A stretch of 62,970 nucleotides of DNA, the filler included, from Intoshia linei (lineage: Eukaryota > Animalia > Orthonectida): assembly GCA_001642005.1 (NCBI GenBank). It is 7 parts of 7 records of this genome, joined end to end, with 100 filler letters (N's around TTAATTAATTAA, not from the genome) between each part and the next. Parts side by side here need not be neighbours in the genome. Positions count along the whole stretch, not along the records: positions 49,660 to 57,563 come from LWCA01001501.1; positions 57,664 to 61,609 come from LWCA01002005.1; positions 61,710 to 62,970 come from LWCA01002707.1; 4 more parts are not named here. One strand, given 5' to 3'. The stretch's first letter is position 1, and each line of letters starts with the position of its first letter. The position numbers were made by a program, and so were the translations under genes. Of the stretch, positions 53,070 to 62,970 are shown piece after piece. The notes below the pieces were generated by a model that was given only the letters and a program-made list of their open reading frames with translations, was not told where the DNA came from and made no database searches.

Positions 53070-53238
53070 TCTTTACTTATATAATATGCTTTGCCCTATT
53101 TGTTTGTCTGTATGTGTGTTACCGTTTATTTCAATAACTACCAGTCTTAGAATTTTATAAAGTCTACATTTCAATTACAGTTTTTTCCGGCAGTGTTAGC
53201 AAAATATATTTTAACCTCCCAAACTCACATCTTACGGG
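53070..53238 (+). mobile_element. Helitron family 5' fragment
   Basis: a|TCTTTACTTATATAATATGC; truncated after catcttacggg. Confidence 0.7.
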
Positions 53239-53911
53239 TAGTCTAATTATTGTTATTAACAATTAGATATAATGTCTAAAGTTTAAACAGTTTTTCTTAA
53301 ATGGGGAACGTTAAACTAGTAATGGCGTTATGGCCCAAAAGATCACTCGTGTAAACTCTGTTATTCTATTGTTATAAACAAACGGAAGAATCTTCCTAAT
53401 TAACTAAAGTCCAAAAATCACTATAATAGTAACGTAAGATGGCTGAAATAACCAATAGTCCAATCTGACCTTATTATCATATTATTTTTTGTCATTATTT
53501 GAATTATTATAATACAATATTGTAACAAATAAGATTAAAACTTTATTTTAATTTTAATACCTCAATCTATTTTTCTTCATCGTTACAAGGAACACCAAAC
53601 AGATATTTTTGTTTTGGTTTGTATTTTTCCAATTTTTTTTCTTCGTTAATAGATGCTATTTATTTAAAATTTAAAATTTAACGGAATTTTTGTACTTCAG
53701 AAAAATTCACAGTTCGTTAATCAGCTATTTTTTCGGTTAAATAGGAATTTGCCTGTATTTTACTACTATTTTGACACTGAAAACCACCTTTTGAGATTTA
53801 TGAATCTTTAATTAGATTTAATTTTAACTTGCTCAGAAAATGTCTAGAAATAACCACCACAACAGAAAATAAATGTTTTTAATCTGATTTCAAAAATACA
53901 GAAAAGTCATA

Positions 53912-55507
53912 ATGACAATTTATGGCCTTGCATATAGTAACTTGAATGTACCCTATAGACTTCGTGAACTTTTGAATGTATTAAAAGTTTTGAAAATTGA
54001 CAATTCATGTATAATTGGAAACCAAAGAATAATTGATCTATATACCGATTTAAAATCTCTTTGTAAAAATAACGTAGAAAAAAAAATTGAACTTCAAGAT
54101 AAATGCTTAAAATACATGACACATTCTTTTTATAACAACCTTGTCTGTGAAAATGGTTTATTTACTAAATTTTATAAACAAGGCTATAAAATGAATATTG
54201 CTTTCCCATTTATATTTTTGGATGTGGATTATCAGGATATATCAAAAATTGTAAACAAAATTACTCATTTAAAATCGACACATAAATTATTATTCGCTAC
54301 GGGCATGGAAGAAGAGTTATTATTTGGTAAAGGATTAGCCCAAGTTTCTGAAACAATCGAAAATTCAAAGTGTAAAAATGAATATACATTTTCTTTAGAA
54401 ATTAGAGGCGTTAACCGAAAATTTGACATGAATAAAAAGAATCAATTAAGAGAATCAATGTTAACAGAAGATCGTTTGTCTCTGCCGACTGGAAAAGTGT
54501 GTTTGACAAAACCAGATCTTGAATTGGAATGTTTTTATCTTTATACTTTCGATGAACATGGACACGAATTTAATTTCATCATCTTAACAGAAAAAATGGG
54601 CGATGGTGTCGGAATTGATGCAAAATTTGCTTTAAAAAACCGAAAATTCATATCTAACACTAGTATGGATCCTTCATTAAGTAATATAATGTGTAATTTT
54701 GGCCTAGTGGCAAAAGGGGATATAGTTTGTGACCCATTTCAGGGCAGTGGTGGAATACTTGTGGCGGCTGCATATAACGGATCATATGTAATGGGATCTG
54801 AGATCAATTGGAATTTATTACATGGAAGAGGAAAATCCAGTCGAAAAGACCAACAATGGCGTTATAAAGATGAAAATTTATTTATAAATCTATGCAATTA
54901 TGAATTGAAAGATAAATATCTCGATTGCTTTGTCTGTGATATTTACGATATTGACGTATGGCGTAGTGTGGCATTTCAAGAATTGTTCAATCGTCTTGAT
55001 AAAAATGTTTATAAAATAAATAAAAATGAAATAATTGTAAGTGTACCTCTAATAAAGATGGCTGAAATACTGGATTTGATAAATTCTTGCTTTAGTAAGC
55101 AAAACTATTATTATGATGCTATTATTACAGACCCACCTTATGGATTGAGAGAATCTATAAAATCTTTCAAAATTGAAAAAATATTTCTCCAACTTGTTGA
55201 TTATGCTGCAAGGTTTCTTAAATTAGATGGAAGGTTGGTTTTTTGGATGCCATTTGACGTTCATTTATATAATGAAAATTGTTTACCAAAACATTCTTGT
55301 TTCAAATTAGTTTCCAATACTTATCAATCATTTACTCCTAATCGAGGTCGACGTTTATTAGTATACGAAAAATGTCAGGTTTATAAACCTATTTTTTCTC
55401 ACCATATTCAAAAGGAAAATTTTGTGGATTTATTTTTTAAGATACCTCTAGCATATTATGTAGATGAACCTTATCAGACAAAAACTTATAGAGAATCAGC
55501 CATGTAA
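53912..55507 (+). CDS. TRMT11: tRNA (guanine(10)-N2)-methyltransferase TRMT11
   Basis: LKNRKFISNTSMD, DPFQGSGG SAM-binding motif, LHGRGKSSR, DAIITDPPYGLRE, GRLVFWMP, RRLL. Single 531-aa ORF. Confidence 0.93.
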   Translation: MTIYGLAYSNLNVPYRLRELLNVLKVLKIDNSCIIGNQRIIDLYTDLKSLCKNNVEKKIELQDKCLKYMTHSFYNNLVCENGLFTKFYKQGYKMNIAFPFIFLDVDYQDISKIVNKITHLKSTHKLLFATGMEEELLFGKGLAQVSETIENSKCKNEYTFSLEIRGVNRKFDMNKKNQLRESMLTEDRLSLPTGKVCLTKPDLELECFYLYTFDEHGHEFNFIILTEKMGDGVGIDAKFALKNRKFISNTSMDPSLSNIMCNFGLVAKGDIVCDPFQGSGGILVAAAYNGSYVMGSEINWNLLHGRGKSSRKDQQWRYKDENLFINLCNYELKDKYLDCFVCDIYDIDVWRSVAFQELFNRLDKNVYKINKNEIIVSVPLIKMAEILDLINSCFSKQNYYYDAIITDPPYGLRESIKSFKIEKIFLQLVDYAARFLKLDGRLVFWMPFDVHLYNENCLPKHSCFKLVSNTYQSFTPNRGRRLLVYEKCQVYKPIFSHHIQKENFVDLFFKIPLAYYVDEPYQTKTYRESAM

Positions 55508-57041
55508 ATTTATTAAATTTTAACTGCATCTATTATCTAGTAATCAATAATAAAAATAACTAGGTTTTGATTTTAATAGGTTATTAAATCCATTACAAAG
55601 ACATTCTAAGTGTAATAAATTTTATACATTTGAGTACTTAATACTGTACTTATTATTATATAAATAATTATTTACCCTTCGAGTTCGTGCATTCCAACAA
55701 ACTTGCATGGAAAGTGAAAATTCTGCACTAGGCATGTAAATAACTTACAATTTTTTATATTTTAAATAAATAAATTTTATCCAGTAGTTCACTTTCACCA
55801 ACCCTTAAAAATACATTTTAATCTTAATCCTTAAGCAAAAAGGGATACAGTACACCACAGAGGTAAAACATTTTTAACTTAATGAGTTTTGAGTTAATAA
55901 GTCAACTCAACAAAATTTTTCAGTGCCATCCCTGGAACAGTAAAAAACTTTTTAAATTATCTTATTTTTCTTTGTGAATATCTTAAAATTTTATTAACTT
56001 TGATTCTTTCCTGCTTTTTTAATTAGTGACCTATTCAATGTTTAGTAAAATAAATATAAATTAAATTAAATTGTTCACATTGACTAATATACCCAATAAC
56101 GGTAACAACATAAATTTTAGAGAAGAATTATCAGACATTACCAATAAATATGAAAAACTGCAAAAAGAATCTATAAACTAAAAATTTAATTAATAAATTT
56201 AAGATATAGAATTATAAAATATTAACCTTAAAAAATTTCGCAAGATCAGACAAAATGCAAACAACTTGTCCAAGATAATTTAAAATTTAAACAAAGAATA
56301 GTATTTTTTGAAAATGCTGTAAAAGTAAAATTCAATTCATTCAATTATAACGCAATTATAATTGTCACTAATTAATCAAAGTTCAAGTGGCTTATTTATC
56401 ATGAAAAAAAACAAAATTTAAAGAAAAATTTCAAATTTACTAGGCCAAATAAAGTCTAAAAAATTGTTCAATATTGTAAATAAACTTTTTGATAGGAATA
56501 TGTTTAAATATAATTATAATAAAATATGCACTATATTATAATACAGTGCGTTAAATTTAATGCAAATTAATTTAAATTAAACAATTTAATGCAATATCAT
56601 TTAAAATTTTACAATTAACATGAGACGGAAACGAACTAAAAACTTGGGAAGTAAACCCATTACAAAGGTAAGCTCAAAGTTATATAGATTGTATGTTGTG
56701 CATTTTTTAAATTGTATTGTGTCTTTCTTGTTATCAATGTATTTATGATTTTGGATCATCAATATTTGTTTTCCGTTTAAACACTTTTCTATGCTTGTTC
56801 AAATGGTAAAAACTTATTTTACCGTTATGTCGGTTTTTTATGTGTGATTTCAGGAGGTGGCCTATAATTTTAATTATTGTTAACAATACCACAAAAAAAC
56901 TAAAAGTATTTAAATCGAATAACTACATTTTAATAAGGTTTATCTTAACTCAATATATAATTCAAGATAACTACCACTTTTTACATGTTCGAAAGAGTCA
57001 AAAATTTGTAAAACGCTCACCAACATTATCCTTAGTAAAGA

Positions 57042-57563
57042 TTTCTTACTTATATAATATGCTACGCAATATTTGTGTGTGAGTTCCCGTTTATTTCAAT
57101 AACTACCAGTCTTAGAATTTTATAAAGTCCACATTTCAATTCGTTTATTTCAATAACTACCAGTCTTAGAATTTTATAAAGTCCACATTTCAATTACAGT
57201 TTTTTCTGGAATGTTAGCAAAATAAATTTCAACTACCAAACTCATATCTTACGGGTCAAAAAGCCCAATTATCCTTTTTTTTGAAAATGAAACGAGTTGG
57301 AGAATTTAAAAAAATATATACGCTGATACGGATTTTAAAATTATAAACATATCATAAATTTAAATTTAAAAAAAATTATATCTGCAGGGCCAAACCACAA
57401 ACTACCCTTTTTTTATGAAATCAGCCCTATAATTTAAAAAAATTTACAGGTGGTACAGTTGTGTTCTGTTAACACACACAAAAAATTTCAATTTGAATAA
57501 GTGACGACTTCACAGTCAAAAAAACATTTTAGTATTCATATATTTTATTAAAACAAAAAATGT
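57042..57563 (+). mobile_element. Helitron family copy with an internal ~54-bp tandem duplication, ending at a gap
   Basis: Family start; cgtttatttcaataactaccagtcttagaattttataaagtccacatttcaatt occurs twice. Confidence 0.75.
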
Positions 57564-58584
57564 NNNNNNNNNNNNNNNNNNNNNNNNNNNNNNNNNNNNN
57601 NNNNNNNTTAATTAATTAANNNNNNNNNNNNNNNNNNNNNNNNNNNNNNNNNNNNNNNNNNNNATTTATCTAATATTTTCATTTAATTAACATAATTAAT
57701 TGTATTATTTTATAGGTTCCCATGACTTATGTCGCTCAGAATTTGCAATTTTAATTAAAAATACTTATATTTCATTAATTATTAAATTTTTTTATAGTTT
57801 TTATATTTTTAGGGTTGTTAAATATTTGTTCTTGATCATACACTAGATATGATATAAGAAAGTGTCTTAAATCATGAACCAGGAGTGCTTAAATAAATTA
57901 CAATTGGGGTACCTAAGACTTATGTCTAGCACTGAACAAAATTTTATAGTTTTAACCGATTTAGGGCATTCAAGCGTACGATCGGAGAGGTTTTTTTGTT
58001 GACCAATAAAAAATTTTTATCACAATGTGATTTTTAGATGATTATTCATTTTTTCTACACATTAATCTTTGTATTTTCCAAAATGTATCCCTTTTGGAAA
58101 CACCCTAGTGTGACTACATAAAAATGTGGCAAAGATGTTTAAAGTCGAATTTATATACAAAATATGGAACAAAATATAATTTATATTTTTAAAGTCCTTT
58201 CTAGATACTCGTAGAATCTGTTTTTATTTTAGCTATGAATATACTCACTAAGAAGAGAAACCGATTCAATATTGTTACTCGAGGAGATTTTAATTAACTT
58301 GATCTCAAGATTGAGAAACCGAATATAAAAAAATTTCGAATACTATGTAATTTAGGTTCTCGAAAAGTTATCTATTCTTAATTTAAATTGTGTTTAGTAA
58401 ATTATATTGTTTATCCATGGATACAATACTATTTTTGTTTAGGGATGTTAGCCTAAAAAAGGTTGAATACCTCTGAAATAAACTATAGTGTGTAGAATGG
58501 CAAAATTATTTTAAGTTATACTGGTTCTAAATACAATTGTTTAAAAGCCCTGTAGTAATTATTTAAAAATATAAATCATAATAT

Positions 58585-58585
58585 A

Positions 58586-58630
<45 letters not shown>
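58585..58630. repeat. (TAA)n microsatellite
   Basis: Direct inspection. Confidence 0.9.
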
Positions 58631-58633
<3 letters not shown>

Positions 58634-58789
58634 TATAAATAGTATTAAAATATTACCGTCGCAGCGACTGAACAAATTATTATTAAATTGTCTCTGAAAT
58701 AAAATGATTTATCCTAAAATTAAAATATAAAAATTTTATTGTCAATATAATTTTATAAATATTATTCCTTTGTTTTATTATAACATCAC

Positions 58790-61174
58790 TCACCCCGTGC
58801 AAATAACAATAATGTATTGGTTTGATTTCATTATTACATCAATCTCATGTTTATGGGCCTCAGTGGTCAGATATTTTGCATTCATTTTATAAATCTCTGT
58901 GATCAATGAGCATATTCTTTAAATTCAAAGTTAAATTAAAAAAAGTAACATTTGAACCTTAATTTATTTGTAATTTCAGGAAGTTAAACTTTGATTCAAC
59001 ACTATTTACCATAAATCATAAAAGAAGAAGATAAATGGTCAATGGATGTATATTCACATCTTAAAAACATTCAAATTATAGTTATCCTTTTCAGAGCCGA
59101 TGTATCATATGTGATGCATCACTTAAAAAGGCTCATAACTGCAAACGATATGAATATTTTGCATTTTTTTGTCGTTTAATCAAGGATATGCTTATATTAT
59201 ATACAATTTGAATTTCACGTATAATGATATCCCTACCTTTCAGAAATAGTCAAGAGTGATAATTTTTATTGACCACTTAATTTAATTTTTAATATTTACC
59301 AAGGAAAGATTATGAAAGTGCACTTTTTTGGGGTAGCAATTGATTTTAATTAAATTTTTTCACTTTTAAGAAAAAGTGCAATTTGGCGTTTTGACTATGA
59401 AGATTTAAGTTTCTGAGTCTAAAATTTACGATAATGGTAATAACTTTCAAATGCGTCCCAGAATATTTTTTCTTAATTTTAAGATTTTTTAATACCATAG
59501 TAGGGTTCACAGTGAAAAAAGATTAAGAATACCTGATATATGTAGGACGTATAGAAAAATATATATTTAAATAAAAGCGATAATATCCATTAATGATTAA
59601 TAGATTAAAGTTCAATCGTTAAACTGCCAGTATCAATATTTTTTCAATTATTTTTCAACATGCCAACAATAATACTCATACTAATAAAAATTACTCCGAT
59701 ATCTTTTGTATTTTGATTAGCTTTTAATATTCTAGTAGCTCGAATGGTCTAAAAATTAAAAACATTTAAAATTCAATTTTTTAATTGTCCACGAAATCAT
59801 GAAAAAAATGTATATACTTCATTATATTATATCATCATACATTCATACCAGATCCTCATCCTCGTCCCGCGGAAAATGTGCCAAGATTCAATAAAATGAT
59901 GGCATCTATAACATTTAATGAAATCAAAAAATATTTCATTGTTACAATCAAATTTATTGTAATAATACCTGTAAATTCTTAATAATAAAAATAATCCAGA
60001 ATTTATGTTTTTTGAAATTCTAAGAATTTTTATATTTAAAAAAATGATAATTTAAATTTTTGACTCTAAAGCAGCCTTTCCGTGATAAATTTTTCAAATT
60101 TTTACTAATTTATGTTTTTTTAATTTTTTGGGCTAGTTTTATATTTAAAAAAGGGGATTAGTAAAATTTGGGAAAATTAAAGATAAGTAAAGGGTTAAAG
60201 AGGTTGAGGATCCTGCAATAGACCAATAAAAAAATTACTTTGACTATCGCAATAGAATCATATACAAATTTAGCACAACTATAACTAACACCAGATAAAA
60301 CACACATAATAACGGAAGGTTTTTGAATTCTGATACTAAGAGAAACAACGACAACCAACAATCCACAAATAGTTAATATTGTCCAAATTAAATTAGTTTG
60401 AACCACGAGAGGGTGCTTTTTGTTTGTAATATTAATAGTAAGAAAACCCAACACAAAAATAATTTGTACAACAAGAATAAAATTATATATGATTCCTGAA
60501 GCATTATGACCATAGGAAATCCAAATATCTTCCTTTTTCTTGCAAATTTTTCTATAATAATCTGGCCATTCATCTTTAGTACATTTAATTGCCTTATTTC
60601 CAATTATAACTTCATTATCCGAAGCTTTATCACATTTAAAACAACACCTGTTGACACTATACTTTCTATAATAGCCAATATTACAAGGTTGAGAACAAGT
60701 ATATTCAGGTCTATCTTCTTCACCAAGTGCGATTTGAAACTTTAAAATATTTTGAAATTTATCTGACAGAACTGTTCTTTTCACAATCCATTTTAGACCA
60801 CTTACTAGATCTACTGATTTGTCCGTTTTCATGTTTGCTATAATGTACGGGTTTATATTTTCTCCATTATATATAGATACATCCAATAGTGAAGATACAA
60901 ACCGATTTCCTTTTAACATGCAATATTTTTCGCCGTTAAGTTCAACACAATTTGTAAAACTGTTGTGGCGAGGTATATGATGTATTTTTTGTACTATCAA
61001 TCTTGTCGCAATGTATGTTAGTGAGTTCATTCGAATTTTTTTAAAATAGCGGTACCATATATCTTGATCAATATTGAATGCATTAAAATTATTTTTCAGT
61101 CCTTTTATATGATCTTTTAATGAATTCCACAAGATGTTATCCTTTTTATCAATATTGTATAAAACACTGCTTCC
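58790..61174 (-). CDS. Class C GPCR (metabotropic glutamate receptor-like), divergent
   Basis: Nine-cysteine-type domain CSQPC..GY..CCFKC..C..EWPD..C followed by hydrophobic TM1-3, HPLVVQTN (cf. TPIVKAS), KPSVIMC and spliced K|TIRATRIL (cf. KTNRIARI). Later TM exons are poorly resolved. Confidence 0.72.
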
Positions 61175-62081
61175 TAGATTATTTCAATTAAAATAACTAC
61201 AAGATGTTGTAAAGTGCTTTTGTAAAGTTGAATGATATAATTTCTGTGATTGAATAATTTAAACTATTATTATTATACATTATACATAGTATCATGTATA
61301 TGTAAAATTAATTAATAAATTCTAAGACTTATTTTTTAAAATTTTGACAATTAAGGTGCAAATTTATCATAATAAAATAGATGATACTACAGTAGCCTGA
61401 AAAAAGTAATATAACACAGGACAACATTTTTACAATTTTAAAAAATTTTTCTTCTTTTCACGATTATAAACGAACGATCATAAAACTATCACACGCAACT
61501 TTATCAATATTTGGACCATAAAATTTCGCAAAAAAAGTATAAAAAATCACACCTCTACTGTTTACATTGATAATTTTTTTTGCTAAGTAATTAAACTTAT
61601 AATATTTTTNNNNNNNNNNNNNNNNNNNNNNNNNNNNNNNNNNNNNNNNNNNNTTAATTAATTAANNNNNNNNNNNNNNNNNNNNNNNNNNNNNNNNNNN
61701 NNNNNNNNNATTCAAAAAGGGTACACATTTTTATAGTCATTTTTTCTAAAATTTTATTTTTATAAGTTTTAAAGTACCCTCTTCAAGGTAGGGGGTGGAT
61801 TTTTTTCGAATCAAAAATTTTGTATCATATGAATAGCCCTAATATACATATAAGTTTTATTCCTCATTTCTAAAATCAAATTTAAATTTTTATCAACATT
61901 GTAAATTTGAATTTGACAAAAACCTAAATCTAAATTATTTAATTAGTAAATAGATTTATATCCGATATTTTATAGTTTATTATTAGGAATAATATGTATA
62001 GACCCTGGAACAAGACGTAGTCACTGTAACAATAGAGCTACTAGTGCCACGTTCAACACTAACAGAAAAAATTATGGCTAT

Positions 62082-62293
62082 TTGTACAATAGTTTTAGAA
62101 AGAATTTTTCACCAATGTCTCAAAAAAATAAAAAAGAAAAAAATCACACAAACAGGGATGCATCAATATCCTCAAATTCCTCCTTAGATATTAATGCTAT
62201 TCCAAAAAAACCTTCAACGAAACCTCGTAATTGTAATTCTGCAAGATATATAAAGAAAAGTTTAACTGCTGATCAAATTAGATTCATTAGAAA
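62082..62293 (+). CDS. Probable coding exon of an unknown gene running out of the window
   Basis: Ser/Lys-rich ORF ending SLTADQIRFIRK at a gtaagt donor (62294). Confidence 0.3.
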
Positions 62294-62970
62294 GTAAGTT
62301 TTTATATTTTTGGAAATTTATTTTTCTTATCACCAGTTTTTAACTATCATTAAAATTAAATACAAGTCAGACTGTTTGGTAGTTTATATGAACCGTATAA
62401 ATTCCTGTAATGGAAGTGAACGGCAAATTTGACTAAAACAATTTATCTACAAATAAAATCCTTACTTATACACATAAAGCAATTTAGCTATTAATGTCTG
62501 TCTGTTTTTCTGCAACCATTTATGTAAAAAAGTAAGAGGTGAAGAATTTTAAAAACAAATTTAAAACTTTTTCCATTTTTTTCAGTCAAAACACAAATTA
62601 CCCATTATTTTTGAAATAACATAGAATAAAGTTGGACTCGAGTATGGTTGCTTCGGGTCTGTGTTACTGCACAATTAATAATTAATTAATGGATTTAATT
62701 AAAGTGGCAGAAAAAATACGTACTATCAATTTTAGTTTATTTGGTGATACATGTAAAGCCAAAACTATATATCTATGATGACAAATAAAAATTTTCGGCT
62801 TAAAATAGTGTGTCCATAAGTACTTATTTTAACAAAAGTACTTAGTTTTATTATTTTTATTTTTGACATTTAAAAATAAGTACTAAATAAGTATTCATAA
62901 ATACCATAAATAATTTTAGTCAATTTTTTACTTGTAATTTTTCACTTTCTTAATAAAATGAAGTTTTAAT

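Noticed and set aside
4403-61709. TTAATTAATTAA palindrome repeated six times between N runs
   Set aside because: Artificial six-frame-stop scaffold linker, not biology; adjacency across these gaps is not guaranteed.

Overview
AT-rich (roughly 25% GC by eye) eukaryotic, animal-type genomic scaffold. Genes are split by many very short (32-50 nt) GT-AG introns plus a few kb-long introns filled with transposons. This architecture resembles a compact parasite genome such as the orthonectid Intoshia, but the organism is inference only. Genes reconstructed by hand across the tiny introns: UBR3-like E3 ligase (-), FRG1 (+), MFHAS1-like LRR-ROC-COR protein (-), an R7 RGS-like N-terminal fragment (-), L2HGDH (-), Lines/LINS (-), a SMYD-type SET methyltransferase (+), SLC12A8 (-), a degenerate PDE4-like phosphodiesterase (-), an intronless TRMT11 (+) and a class C GPCR (-). 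Non-coding DNA is dominated by a non-autonomous Helitron family (about a dozen copies, TC...hairpin-CTAG), many hAT MITEs with 8-bp TSDs (some nested), a piggyBac-type MITE, and decayed Chapaev, Tigger/pogo, Tc1 and hAT transposases. Six 100-nt scaffold gaps carry an artificial TTAATTAATTAA linker. The most notable observations are an in-frame TAG at a conserved Trp codon in otherwise intact SLC12A8, an L2HGDH lacking a mitochondrial presequence and packed 77 nt behind LINS, paired loss of one disulfide in the GPCR Cys-rich domain, and covarying Helitron terminal hairpins. I found no clear wholly new multi-gene system.
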